From an uncultured Candidatus Peribacteria bacterium (GTDB lineage Bacteria > Patescibacteriota > Gracilibacteria > Absconditabacterales > Absconditicoccaceae), in assembly GCA_964609035.1 (NCBI GenBank), contig CAZSQL010000003.1:4058-68057 (forward strand): a DNA stretch of 64,000 bases. Direction: 5' to 3'. A program made the translations under genes and the position numbers. The notes beneath the pieces were generated by a model. It saw nothing but the letters and a program-made list of their open reading frames with translations. It made no database searches and had not been told where the DNA came from. Position 1 is the stretch's first letter; each line of letters opens with the position of its first letter. Below are positions 47,367-60,989 of the stretch, one piece after another.

Positions 47367-49740
47367 TATCTAATATACCATTTTGTAAAGTACTTTCAGC
47401 AGAGCTTAAAGTATTACCAGTAGAATCTGAATCATTATCTGTATAAGTTGAATTATTATCAGAAGAATCTACAACATTTTGCTCATTACGTAAATTATTT
47501 AATCTTTCTATATAATTATCAAATCTAACTATATATCAATCAATTTTAGATTTATCTATTTCATTACCACTTTCAATATCATTTATAAATTGTTCCGCAT
47601 AATTAGCAATATATAATCAATATTTCATTGCAGTAGAATTATTATTTTGCCTTCACCAAGTATTAAATTCATTTCATTTTGCCAAATATCATTTAAGACT
47701 TTCTAATAAGTCTATATTTAAAGAAGATGTTTCATTATTTTCCAAAACATTATCCAAATCCTCAAAAGCATTGAAGTCTGCTGCGCCATGACCTGTTTGT
47801 CACTCTACAAAACCTGTTTCTTCTAATGGGATTTCAAAATCACCAGATCATATATTTTCCATCTCAAGTTGTCATGCCAAACTGTTAGGGTCTACTTCAT
47901 CTTCTTCATACAAATCACCAGTTAAGACATTTCAGGTCTCATCCAAAGCTACAGAAACATCAGAATTATCAGAATATTCTATAGATGCCTGATTATCATT
48001 TTTTATAGCATTCATTATCTCTTTTATTTCTTCTGGATACATCTTACTGATAATCATAAATCATCCTACCAAAAGTAACACAATCAAAACAAAAATTTTT
48101 ATTCCTGAATGACTATTTTTCTTATTCAAAAATTCAGAAGATGAAACGACTTGAACATTATTTGGTATATTTTGCAAATTAATATCCAAACCACTATTCT
48201 GAGTTGCATCCACAACTTGTGTTGTCGTGTTGCTATTTTGCGATTCTACTACATTATTTTTCATTTGTTCTGCTGGCATTACAACATCACTTGTTTGGAT
48301 AGAAGAACTAGTAGCATCTATTGTTTTGTTGTTTTCATTCTCTATTTTTATTGGTTCAATTTGAGTAGATTGTATAATATCTTCTATATTAATACCATTA
48401 CTTGATCAAGCAATAATTTCATCAACATTTATTCAATTATTTTGACTGTTTTCAGAAACATTTTGTGCAGCTTCTCATAAGTCTAATTTATTAGAATTTT
48501 CAGGATTTCCCAAAGAAGATATATCTATTGCTCATTTCTGATCAGAATTTAAGATATTTTGAACTTGCACAAAATCACTTTCATTTGGAATATAATTAGA
48601 ATTACCCACAACCATATCTCAAGTGTCAGAGACCAATTCTCATTGATTATTTTGTACCACAGGCTCATTTGTATTTTTAATAATTTCCATATTATTACTT
48701 CATTCAGTTAGATTATTTCCTTGAAAATTACTTTCTTCAATCCTATTTTCTTGAACATCTACATTTAAAACATTTATATTTTGATTTACTTCTTCTACAG
48801 GAATTTCGATTTTAGACTCATTTCCTTGAACACTTTCTTCTTCAGAAAATAAATCTGACAAATCATCAACTTTTGTAGCAGCTTCAACATTTTGATCAAG
48901 CAAATTTTCTTTATCTTTTGATTCATCTGATACAAAAGGTAAGTCTAAAGAAGACAATTTGTTTTCATCTAACAACAAAGAACCATCTTTTGGTAAAACA
49001 TTTTCCTCAACTACATTTTCTGGTTTTGGTAAAATTTCTTCTACTTTTTTATCTTCTTCCAACAACCAATCATTCTCTTTTTCTACATTATCATTTTCTA
49101 CTACAACTTGGTCAGGAATAAATTCATTATTTTGATTTTCTAAATTGATATCAGAAAAATCAATCTGTTGAGAATCCCTAGAGAAATTGTCTTGATTTAT
49201 TGAAGACAAGTCTACTCAATCTCAATTTAAATTATCATCACTTTTATTTAAATCATTTAATGAATCATCCTGCATATTAACATCTTCTGTGACATTTTCA
49301 TCTTCAACAGGATTAGTTTCATCTTCCACTAAATTATTTTCTGTAAAATCTGATTTTACTTCATTTTCAGATATGTCTTTATTTTCAATAAAATCAGGTT
49401 CACTTTGAATTTCATCAACCTTATCTTCATTTACATTTAGCTCACCTTGCTGTGCATCTATATTATCAGATGAACCAACATTTATATTTCATAAATCCAA
49501 AGTATCTATTTTTTGAGAATCATCTCAAGAATCAGATACAATTAAATCTTGATTTTTTTCTACTGGCAAATCCAATCAATCCAAATTTAAATCTATATCC
49601 AAAGTATCTATTTTTTGATTTTCTCAAGAAATATTTTGGTTTGTAGATTGATCATCCGATTGAGTTCAAGCAGGATTAGACGGACTAAAACCTGATGAAT
49701 TAGCTGGATTTAAAGTTGTTTGATTTTCTTCTGTAGGCAT
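47323..49740 (-). CDS. Large acidic low-complexity protein with a single central TM helix
   Basis: 805 aa. D/E/N-rich N-terminal about 560 aa, TM IKIFVLIVLLLVGGFMII, C-terminal domain. 3' end overlaps the recombinase start by 44 nt. Confidence 0.55.
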
Positions 49741-49822
49741 ATCAAAAAAATTAATTTATAAAATTCAATCAATTATACTTATAAACAAAAAAAAATGCAA
49801 ATTTTTAAGCACTTTTTTTATA

Positions 49823-49930
49823 TAGTGTACAGTTTACAGTTTACAGTTCAGAGTTTGTAGTTCAGAGTTCAAAGTTCACCAATTACTAATTACCAATTAC
49901 TAATAAACCAATAAACCGCTTCCCAATTAA
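49823..49930 (-). repeat. Tripartite word-repeat element (copy 2)
   Basis: GTGTACAGTTTACAGTTTACAGTTCAGAGTTTGTAGTTCAGAGTTCAAAGTTCACCAATTACTAATTACCAATTACTAATAAACCAATAAACCGCTTCCCAATTAA. Confidence 0.7.
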
Positions 49931-50634
49931 CTATCCTTTCTCCCCAAAACAATTCACCAAACAGAAATTTTTGGATATTTGAATTTTATCAATTTCGCTA
50001 CTTCATTCATTGTACTACCAGTAGTAGTTATATCATCGACTAAAATTATAGTTTTTACATTTTCCAAAAAAGAAATATCTCATTTAAAATCAAAAACATT
50101 TTTCAAGTTTTTCAATCTTCACTCTCTATCCAAACTAGCTTGTGATTTAGTATTTTTTCTTTTTTTCAAAAATTTTTTGTATTCCAATCATAATTTCTTA
50201 GCCAGATTTCATGCCAACAAATATGATTGATTGTATCATTTCACAAAATAGTTTCTGTACCAATGCGATGGAATTCAAGAAACAACAACATTTCATTTAC
50301 CAATCTTAGCACTTAAAGAACTATTAGCATAAATAGCCAATACTGCCCTATCTATCAAAAAATCAACAAGATCTCTTTTGTGATAATATTTTAGTTTTAA
50401 AATAATTTTTTTTAGAAAACCAGTATAAGAAAAAGGCACCAAAATTCAGTCTAAAACAAATTCTCTAGCCGATTTACAGTCTAAACAAGTTTGATAATCT
50501 TTGGAATATTTGTGACAAGAAGGACAAATCTCCATATGAGGTTTTAGTTGTCTTTTACAGTCCTTACAGAGATACTCTCATATCTTGGAACATCAAATAC
50601 ATTGTTTTGGAAAGATCAAATCTAATATTTTCAT
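49927..50634 (-). CDS. ComF family protein (phosphoribosyltransferase domain)
   Basis: 235 aa. N-terminal Cys clusters CIGC...CKDC...CPSC, C-terminal ILVDDITTTGSTM. Confidence 0.75.
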
Positions 50635-50720
50635 TGAAAATTATGATTAATAAATACCAAATGAATACAGATTTGATAAAAAATTTCAAACTAGAAAAAA
50701 GCTACAAACAAGAAATAAGT

Positions 50721-50966
50721 TTATTTGTAGCTTTCAATAAGATTGTATAAGATTCACCTAACATCAGGATCATCCAGAAAATGTTTAAAGTGTTTTTTAC
50801 CAATTAGCCAACCAATCACACAAAGTAATAGACCGACCAACATAGATTCCCATGTAGGATTTAAAATACTAGGGTCTATTGGATCTGGTTTTCCACCAGA
50901 GAACACTACGAAACCCAAACAAATCAAAAACACTCCTAATAAGGAATAAAATTTTTCTTTTTTCAT
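50721..50966 (-). CDS. Small membrane protein
   Basis: 81 aa. Two TM helices. The ORF-track piece ends at a TGA and continues 10 codons to TAA. Confidence 0.4.
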
Positions 50967-51085
50967 TTTTTTTATTTTTTTGTTAATGAATAATTAATAA
51001 ATATTTCATTCTTTTTGTCAATCAAAAAAAGCATCCAAAATCAAACAAAATATTTGTTTAATAAAAGATGCTTCAAATAAAAGTA

Positions 51086-51376
51086 TTAACAAACTCTGAA
51101 TTCTTGCCTCAAATCAGGCAAAAATTCATGTCCGTTTTTAATTAATTCAATAGCCACATTTGGATCAAAACAATAAATTGCTTTATGATCACCGGAAAAT
51201 ATCGGTCTTACCCGATCATCGGTTTTGTCCAATAATCCTTCAATTTGTTCCAAAGACATGTTGCCTTTGTAACTAATTGGAATAGGTGAGCTAAACAAGC
51301 ATCCACCTTTTTCTTGAGATTCAAAATCCCAAGCTTTAATAAGAGCTACAGCTCTTTGTTGTTCATTTTTTGCCAT
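51086..51376 (-). CDS. Hypothetical protein
   Basis: 96 aa from ATG (MAKNEQQRAVALIKAWDFESQEKGG...). No TGA codons. No family recognised. Confidence 0.4.
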   Translation of the reverse strand: MAKNEQQRAVALIKAWDFESQEKGGCLFSSPIPISYKGNMSLEQIEGLLDKTDDRVRPIFSGDHKAIYCFDPNVAIELIKNGHEFLPDLRQEFRVC

Positions 51377-51568
51377 TTTATTATTTTTTTTAAGTTTACA
51401 GTTAAATATTCTAATAAAACAAAAACAATATTCAAGATCAATTTGACATTTAAACAAAAATACTAAATATCTGTGTTTCTTCAAAAACATTAACTTGAAA
51501 TAAAGCTAGTAATCTATATCAATAATCCTATTGATTAAGTCCATTTTAGATTTAAATAAAGAAAATTA

Positions 51569-53992
51569 ATGAATAAGTACAATCCAAAAGAATCAGAAAA
51601 AAAACGACAAGATTTTCGAGAACAAAACAGAATAAATAATTTTGATTTAAATTCCGACAAAGAAATTTTTAGTATTGACACTCCTCCACCTACAGTGAGT
51701 GGAAAACTACATATCTGACATATCTCATCATATACCCAAGCTGAAATTATTGCTAGATACAAAAGGATGAAAGGCTTTAATGTATATTATCCTATGGGTT
51801 TTGATAACAATGGAATTCCTACAGAACAACTAGTAGAAAGAGACCTAAAAATCAACATAAAAGAGATGGAAAGAAAAGATTTCATCCAAAAGTGTCTTGA
51901 AGTAAACGAGAAATATGTTCAAATATATGAAAACTTATGGAGAACTATGTGACTTTCCATAGATTGGACAAAAACATATAGTACCATAGAACTCAAAACC
52001 CAACAAATAGTACAACAAGAGTTTGTAAAATTGTACAACAAATGACATATAGTTTCCAAAGAATTTCCTGCTTTACGATGTACAAAACTTCAAGCTACTA
52101 TAGCACAAGCAGAGACAGAAGATCAAGAATTTGAAGAGTATTTCAATGATATAGAATTTACTTTAGAAGATGGTACAAAACTTAATATCGCTACTACTAG
52201 ACCAGAGCTATTGCCTGCATGTAAAGCTGTCTTTGCTCATCCAGATGATACTAGATATCAAAAATATTTTCATCAAAACATCACAACTCCATTGTGAGAA
52301 ACTGTTCCTTTATTACCAGATGACAAAGCAAAAATAGACAAATGAACATGACTTGTAATGTGCTGCAGTTACTGAGATGAAACAGATGTTTTTTGGTTTC
52401 AAAAACACAATTTACAACCAAGAATCTGCATCGACAAATACGGTAAAATGCAAAATACTTGATTATCAGAAATTGATTGACTAAAAATATCAGAAGCTAG
52501 AGAAAAAATGATGGAAATTTTAGAACAAAAAGGAGTGGTAAAAAATAGGACAAAAATAACTCAATCTAAATCTATTTCAGAAAGATGAAAAGTACCAGTA
52601 GAAATTATCCCAGTTCACCAACGATTTGTAAATATATTGGACAAAAAAGAAATATTGTTAAAACAAAATGACAAAATGAATCGATTTCCAGAATTTATGA
52701 AAAAAAGATCCAACGACTGGATCGAAAATCTTCATCGAGACTGGAATATATCTAGAAATAGAAAATTTGGGATACCTATTCCTGTATGGCACAATATTGA
52801 AACTGGAGAAATTATATTACCAAGCTCAGAACAATTAGAAAAATGACCAATAGATCCTTCTTCAGATTTACCAGATTGATACACAAAGGACCAAGTAAGA
52901 TGAGAAACATTGGTTCTAGATACATGGTTCACATCTTGATTATCACCACTTATAAATAAAAATCTACTTGAAAAAGATAATTTTGATACAAGTAAATTTT
53001 TTCCTATGAGCTTAAGACCTCAAGCTCATGATATTATCAGAACTCGGCTACTTTATACTACATTACATTCTTATTTTAGAGATTGAGAAATACCTTTCCA
53101 AAATATTATGATGTCATGATTTGTGTTGGCAGAAAAATGACAAAAATTTAGTAAATCAAAATGAAATGCTAAATTTGATCCAGAAAGTTTAATAGAACAA
53201 CGATGAGCTGATGCGATAAGATATTGGGCTGCATGATGACAGTTATGAAAAGATATGTTGTTTGAAGAAAACGAAATAAAAAATTGACAAAAACTTGTAA
53301 CCAAACTACGAAATGCATCCAATTTTGTACAGATGCTAAATCAATGATTTGATCCAAATCAAGAATTTGATACTAATACTTTATTATCCACAGACAAGCG
53401 AATTATATCTAGAGCAAACGAAACTATACAAAAAATGACAAAATATCTAGATAAATATGAGTATGGTTTGGCAAAGATAGCTTTTGAAGAATTTTTCTGG
53501 GCAGATTTTTGTGATAACTACTTGGAAATGGTAAAAGTTAGATTATACAAACCAGAAATATTTGAAAATGGAGAACAAAAAAAATTAGCAGGACAATGGA
53601 CATTATACCACGTATTATTTAACATATTAAAATTGACTGCATCTTATCTTCCACACGTAAGTGAAGAAGTATATCAAAACTATTTCAAACAATACGAAAA
53701 AGAAATATCAATACACAAAAGTTCATTTCCCACACAAATATTGGATATAGCAGGACCAGAAAAGATAATAAAGGATTTTGAACAAATCAAAGAAATTATA
53801 GAATCAGTAAGAAAATTTAAAACAGAAAAACAAATATCTATGTGAGCAGAATTAAAAACACTAATAATTTCTGGTCCAAAAGATTATTTAGAATTGGTTA
53901 AACAATACTGAGATGACATTATTGGTGTTACAAAATCTCAAAAAATAGAATTATTAGAAAAGGATGGTATAGCTTGTTTGTGTGAAATATAA
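51569..53992 (+). CDS. valS: Valyl-tRNA synthetase (archaeal-like type)
   Basis: 807 aa. IDTPPPTVSGKLHIGH, ...DWNISRNRKFGIPIPVW, LRPQAHDIIRT(CGG), KFSKSKGN. Confidence 0.9.
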
Positions 53993-54032
53993 AAATTTCA
54001 TCATATATATATTTTAAATATCAAAAAATAAA

Positions 54033-54617
54033 ATGAAAAAAATTTTCTTACCTATACTAATTGCAACCATATTACTATCTGCTTGTAGCACACAAAAACC
54101 TTTACAAAACAATCAAGAAATAGATTTTAATATAGATGAATATAGTGAAAATTTCGAACTAGAATTTGAAGATATAAACACAAATAAAATAGAAAATGAA
54201 GTACTAGACACTAAACCCAAAAAATTTGGAAAATTTGAAGATAAAAACATATGATTTTCTTTCTTATATCCAGATAATGAAAAAATCACAAAAAATGAAA
54301 ACTCATCCAACATTAGAATACAAAACTACAAATACGAGGAATTATATGATAGTGTTTTAAATGCATGAGATTTTTATATAGAAATCTTTTATTTAGATAA
54401 TAATTGAAATTGTGATCAAGAAATGTGAGAAATAACATCAATATATGAAAATAAATGAACCACAATATATAGATGATTTGGACAAGAATGATGAGATTCA
54501 TGATGAACAAGATATGCTATGTGTTTTCAAAAGTGAGATAAATTAATCTATATATGATACACAGAAAATTGAGATATAAATGTAAATACTATATTTAATT
54601 CACTACAAATATATTAA
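54033..54617 (+). CDS. Hypothetical lipoprotein
   Basis: MKKIFLPILIATILLSACS lipobox. 194 aa after reading 12 or more TGA as Gly. Confidence 0.6.
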
Positions 54618-54626
54618 ATATAACAT

Positions 54627-54656
54627 AAAAACTCCCTCAGCCCAAGGGAGTTTTTG
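54627..54656. terminator. Bidirectional terminator
   Basis: AAAAACTCCCT-CAGCCCA-AGGGAGTTTTT between convergent genes. Confidence 0.65.
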
Positions 54657-54689
54657 TATAAGAAATTTACCATAACATTAAACTTTATA

Positions 54690-55124
54690 CTACCTAAGCA
54701 CCATTTCTCCAACATTGATCTCCTCTAAAACATTTTCAATCATATTTTGGATTTCAATAATAGCCATACTATAAACATTATTAAAATTATTATCACTGAT
54801 CAACAAAGAATTTAATCTATCTCCAGTCTCTCTTAATCCAGAAATAATATTTTCCAAATCTAAAGTATCAGAAATTATAGTACTATTTATACCATCTTTT
54901 AATTCAGAAAGGTGTGTTTTCATAGAAATTATGTTTTTTGTAACTAAGTCTATAAATTCTGAGTTCATGTTCATCCTATCTACAATAGTCATATTGTAAC
55001 TAGAAACTTTTTCAGAATTTACTTCAAGAGCAGATATCAATGCATCACAAGTAGCATTAATTTTATCAATCAAAACATTAATCTTATTAATTGATTGAGA
55101 AGAAAGAGAGTTTAGGTTGTTCAT
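54690..55124 (-). CDS. Hypothetical helical protein
   Basis: Intact 144-aa ORF ending in TAG. No family recognised. Confidence 0.45.
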   Translation of the reverse strand: MNNLNSLSSQSINKINVLIDKINATCDALISALEVNSEKVSSYNMTIVDRMNMNSEFIDLVTKNIISMKTHLSELKDGINSTIISDTLDLENIISGLRETGDRLNSLLISDNNFNNVYSMAIIEIQNMIENVLEEINVGEMVLR

Positions 55125-55371
55125 TTTTTATAGGGCTATAAGTTAAAATAAGTTTAAAGTTAAATGTTTTAAAGTTAATAAAGTTAAATAATTTTATAAC
55201 TTGATGAACTTTCCAACTTTTTTACTAACTCAATTATAACCCTAAAATTTATTTTTACTAAAAAAATAACAAATTTTGACAAATCAAATACAGACTAAAC
55301 AACAATAATATCATAAAAATATTTACATATTATCTTTTTTATCTATTTTTGAAAACAATTAGTTATCAGAA

Positions 55372-55492
55372 ATGGGGGAAAATTAGGAAGTAGTGTATTA
55401 ATAATCGGTTTATTTGTAATTAGTAAACTCTGAATTATAAACCCTGAACTCTAAACTGTAAATTGTTCACTTTACACTGTAAACTGTATCTT
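55372..55492 (+). repeat. Tripartite word-repeat element (copy 3, opposite strand)
   Basis: Reverse complement reads CAGTTTACAGTGTAAAGTG...TTCAGGGTT..TTCAGAGTT..AATTAC..AATAAACC..CTTCCTAATT. Ends 58 nt before the ATG at 55550. Confidence 0.7.
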
Positions 55493-55549
55493 GTCTTGAT
55501 TTAAAACTTAAAAGGATTAGATTAAAAATGTTTTACAAACCACAAAAAG

Positions 55550-56095
55550 ATGTTTAAAATAATATTAAGCCTTACAATTCTTTTGATAACAATTGTATTA
55601 GTTGGGATTTTTTTAACATTTATGTTTAAATCACTTTTTATGCCATCAAAAACAGCCCCATACGTTGGGACATTCAAAAGACACCTAGAGTTGATGAAAA
55701 AATTAAAAATAAAAAAATGAGCAACAATATTGGATTTGTGATGTGGAGATGGTAAAGCACTTAGATTTTTTTATAAAAACTTTGATACAAAATATTGCAC
55801 AGGCTATGATATAAATCCATATGCCATAATAATATGAAAAATAATAAATAAACTATTTTGATACAAAAACATAAAATTACATCAAAACAATTTCTTAAAC
55901 GCAAGCCTAAAATGATATGACTATATATATGTGTACCTACGACCTAGCCAATTAGCAAAAATAGAAGATCGATTACGAAAAAACAAAGATAAAAATAGTA
56001 TCATAATATCAAACTCATTCCAATTCACAAAACACAAAGAATTTGATTACGTAAAAAATACTAAAAACAAAAAAAGTATATTTCTGTATAAATAA
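55550..56095 (+). CDS. SAM-dependent methyltransferase with N-terminal TM helix
   Basis: 181 aa. ILDLGCGDGKAL motif I. Confidence 0.6.
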
Positions 56096-56096
56096 A

Positions 56097-56582
56097 CTAC
56101 TCTATTATATCACTATTAAAATTTCTATTCTTTTTTTTCTCAGAATGAAATTTTTTATTTTTTAATCTTTTTTTTTGTGCTTTCTTTATATTTTTCTCCA
56201 TTTTCTCCGGAATTTCTTTACTTATTCTTTCTGTTTCCTCTTCTAAAACTTCACGTAATAGTGATTTTAAATGACTCAAGACTTTCTCTTTATTTTTTTG
56301 AGCATGTCTTGTTTCCTGATTTTCCAAGATAACCATAGAATTATCGTGATGTATTTTACTAGGACCAAAGACTTCCACAAATTTATCCCATTTACTATCA
56401 TGTATTTCAAATGTCTCAAAAAATTTATTAATATCAAAAGTTAATTGAGCTTTTGAATTCCCATGATTAATATTTTGTCATCCATGTCCACTAGCATGCA
56501 CTAATTTTATTTCCCAAAATTTTTCATTATTTTTATCTAGTTTATGAATAATTTCGTCTATATTATGATTAATTGAATCCAT
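56097..56582 (-). CDS. arfB: ArfB-like peptidyl-tRNA hydrolase (class I release-factor GGQ domain) with basic tail
   Basis: 161 aa. HASGHGGQNINH (second Gly of GGQ is TGA at 56478-56480). Lys-rich C-terminal tail. Confidence 0.7.
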
Positions 56583-56700
56583 TAATTTAATTGTAAAAAA
56601 ATAAAACTACATAAAACATTATAAAAATATTTTTTTTTCTGTCAAAAAAAAGACACCATAAAGTGCCTTTATTATTTATGAACATTTTTTTATTGCATAT

Positions 56701-57636
56701 TTAGGCTTTTCTTCTAACAATTTTGTAAGCCAAATATAATATAATAGTTCATACAAGTATAGCTATCACATTTTCTTTTGGTCAAACAACAACTGGAGTC
56801 ACAGTAGTAGAGGTGGCTGTAGATGTTGATGTTGGATCTACAGCATCTGTTATTCAAACAGCATTAAATGTATAATTTATTTCTTTTCATTCATTATTTG
56901 GTATAAATTTAACAATGTGTTCACCATTTCTAGTCAAAGCAAAAGAATAAGATTCTGCTGACATATTTACAGTAGCTAGTTTACTAAAATTTCACAAGCT
57001 TTCATTCCACAAAAATATATCAATAGAATTACTACCATTTAAAGAAATCCATCTCAATGTCACATTGTTTCAATTTAAAGTATGTGATATATTTGCTAAA
57101 CTCATATCAGCTCAAGCAGAATGAAGATTTACTCAATTAACACAATCATCTCATTCTCAATGTAATTGATCACTCAATCTAAAACATAATTCGTTTGACA
57201 CTTCTCACAAAGTTCAAACAGAATCTTTGGGAATAGACATAACATAATATATTGTATTAGGATTTAACGTATCAGTAGTAGTTAGATTCATTGTAAAATT
57301 AGTCTGTCCAGCTAGATTAAGATTTGAAAAAACTTTTTCTTTTGTATTTGAAATCAATGTAGGATCAGCAACAATTTGAGATAAGGTATTTGGACCATAC
57401 ATCAATGTATAATGCCTTATTGTATCATTAAATTCATCTTTCAATACCGGAGATTTTATTGTAATAGATGTACTAGTAATAGAATCTACAGATATCTTGT
57501 CAGTAGCTGGCTTGTAACCAAACAAAATATTTTGTCATATATTATTTATATAATCTAATACACTATCAGAAAAAGAAAACCCAAATATACTAAGAGCAAA
57601 AAACGCTCACAAAACAAAGCTAATTAGTTTTTTCAT
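56701..57636 (-). CDS. Hypothetical surface protein (signal peptide, C-terminal TM anchor)
   Basis: 311 aa. MKKLISFVLGAFFALSIFGFS..., C-terminus ...VIAILVGTIILYLAYKIVRRKA. Confidence 0.55.
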
Positions 57637-57844
57637 AACAAAATTTGTTTTATAAATAAATAATTTACAAGACTATAACAAAATGTATGCATTTTTTAAT
57701 AGCTTTTTCAACATTAAATCAACAAAAATCTTGAAAAAATGTTAAAAAGTTTGACAAAAATGATTTTTCTGATATACAATGGTTATCACATTTTTATAAA
57801 AATATTAAATAATATGGATTTTTGGATTTAGTTTATTATAAATA

Positions 57845-57945
57845 TATAGTGTAAAGTTAGAAAGTATAAAGTTATCAAGTTTTATGTTGCAACTTTTAAC
57901 TTTAAAACTTTATTACTTGAAAACTTTTTAACTTGTAACTAAAAT
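57845..57945. repeat. Dyad array of AAGTTATCAAGTT / AACTTGAAAAC words (family 2)
   Basis: AAAGTTAGAAAGTATAAAGTTATCAAGTTTTATGTTGCAACTTTTAACTTTAAAACTTTATTACTTGAAAACTTTTTAACTTGTAAC ends 12 nt before the thyA ATG. Confidence 0.65.
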
Positions 57946-57948
57946 ATT

Positions 57949-58878
<930 letters not shown>

Positions 58879-58911
58879 AGTAATGGACAATTGAAAGTGG
58901 ATAATTGATAA

Positions 58912-59253
58912 TTATATTCCATTGTTTTTGGTATTTTTTACTATAACAACCAAAATCTTGATAATTTCCTGACAATCATTTTGCAAATCAAAAACATTTT
59001 CTTTAAATCATTTATCTAAAATCTCCAACCAATATTCTGTTTCTTGTGCCTCTTTCAGGGAGATTCATATTTTATTTAAAAAATCTTTTCTACTTACTGC
59101 TTGTTGTGCCTCTGAAATGTTAGCTCAAACACTTGTACCACTTCTAAACAACTGAGATGCTATTTCAAAATATTTTTTATCTTTTAAATTTAAATAAAAT
59201 TTACTAATCTTTATTCAAAATTCTAAAGACTTTTCCTTAATTATATTCCCCAT
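58912..59253 (-). CDS. Four-helix-bundle protein (23S rRNA IVS / Avd-like family), orphan
   Basis: 113 aa. QLFRSGTSVGANISEAQQAVSRKDFLNKIGISLKEAQETEYWLEIL. Confidence 0.7.
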
Positions 59254-59280
59254 CAAAAATTCAACTAAAATATATAAAAG

Positions 59281-59345
59281 TTATCAACTATCAATTATCA
59301 ATTATCAATTATCAATTATCAACTATCAATTATCAATTAATTATC
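59281..59345. repeat. Tandem ATTATCAA(T/C)T words overlapping the comM-like stop codon
   Basis: TTATCAACTATCAATTATCAATTATCAATTATCAATTATCAACTATCAATTATCAATTAATTATCAAC. Same words as the in-CDS palindrome at 29347. Confidence 0.7.
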
Positions 59346-60896
59346 AACAAACATACTCTTACTTCTATACTGCATAGCTTCAGCCAAATGTTTGATTTCT
59401 AAATTTTCTACTCACTCCATATCAGCTATAGTCCTAGCAAGCTTTATAATTCTATGAACCACTCTTGGTGACAAAACTAATTTTTCAGAAGCATTGGTAA
59501 GGAATTCTTTGATTTCATCTGACAAGGGGATATATTTATCTATATCATTGCTACCCATATCAGAATTAGAAACAATATTTGTACCAGCAAACCTTTGTTT
59601 TTGTATATGCCAAGCTTTGATAATCTTGTCTCTAATGGACTGACTGCTCTCTCATTTTATATTGTCCAAAAGTTTGTCTATATTTTCTCTAGGTATTTCC
59701 AATATCATATCTATCCTATCCATCAAAGGGCCAGAAATTTTACTTTGATAATTTTTTACATCATTTATGCTACAAGTACAAGCTCTTTCTGGATCTTTGT
59801 AATAACCACATTTACAAGGATTCATACTAGCTACAAACATAAAATTAGCCGGATAATTTACACTACCAGATACTCTAGAAATACTAATATTTTTGTCCTC
59901 AAGTGGCTGCCTGAGGACTTCCAATGTCTCTCTAGGAAATTCTGTAATTTCATCAAAAAACAAAACTCACTTGTGTGCCATACTCACCTCTCATGGAGTA
60001 AGATTGGATCATCATCAGACTATAGAAATTTTGGATGCTGTATGATGTACTTGCCTAAAAGGTCTTTGTACAATCAATGGATGTTCTTTGTTTAGTTTAC
60101 CTACTACAGAATAAATTTGAGACACTTCCAAAATTTCTTGAAATCACAATGGTGGCAAAACACTCTTAAGTGCTTTACTAAGCATAGTCTTTCCACTCCC
60201 TGGAGCTCATACCATCAGTAAGTTATGCAAACCAGCAGCAGCGATGGAGAGTGCTCTCTTTGCTAAAATATGTCATTTGATATGTTCAAAATCTACATCA
60301 AAATCAAATTTGATATCATATAATTTCTCTACATCTTTGGATTCTGAAATACAATTTAAATCTAATCAATCAATAAAATATCATACCAATTGATCAAAAC
60401 TATCCAATGGATATATATTTATCCCCGATATGTACTCTAATTCATAAAGATTTTCACTAGGTACAAAGAAATCTTTGTATCATTTTTTGATAGCAGAAAT
60501 CACGGATGGAAGAAGTCAGTTTACTCTTTTGATCTTACCATCCAGTCACAATTCTCCAAAAAATAAATATTTTTGTAAATCTTTTTTATGATTTATACTT
60601 CATTCATGTAGCAACACCAATATAGCTACAGCCATAGAAAGATCGAATGATGTGCCTACTTTTCTAATATCTGATGGCGCTAAATTTAAAACAAACCTTT
60701 TGTTTGGCAATAGTATGCCAACATTGCGAAAAGTCGCTCTAAGTCTTTCTTTAGATTCTTTGATAGCAGCATCTGGGAGTCAAATAATCTCTATACCAGG
60801 CAAAGATCTATTGCAATCCGCTTCTACCAAAATTTCGTAACCATCCAATCATACATTTGTAAATGTTTTTGTCATTCGTACCATCTTGTTATTCAT
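59337..60896 (-). CDS. YifB/ComM family Mg-chelatase-like AAA+ ATPase
   Basis: 519 aa. Lon-like N-domain, MVGAPGSGKTM (Gly is TGA), VLFFDEITEF, MNPCKCGYY. Confidence 0.85.
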
Positions 60897-60989
60897 TTAA
60901 GTATAAAATATCAAAGTTCATTGTCAAAAATATTTTTTACAAAACAAAAATCAAGACTTTTTTTGACAAAAAAATAATTTTTTATAAAT

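Noticed and set aside
51377-51568. T-box leader upstream of valS.
   Set aside because: No specifier/T-box consensus (AGAGA...GGUGGNACCGCG-like) is visible. The region is plain AT-rich DNA.
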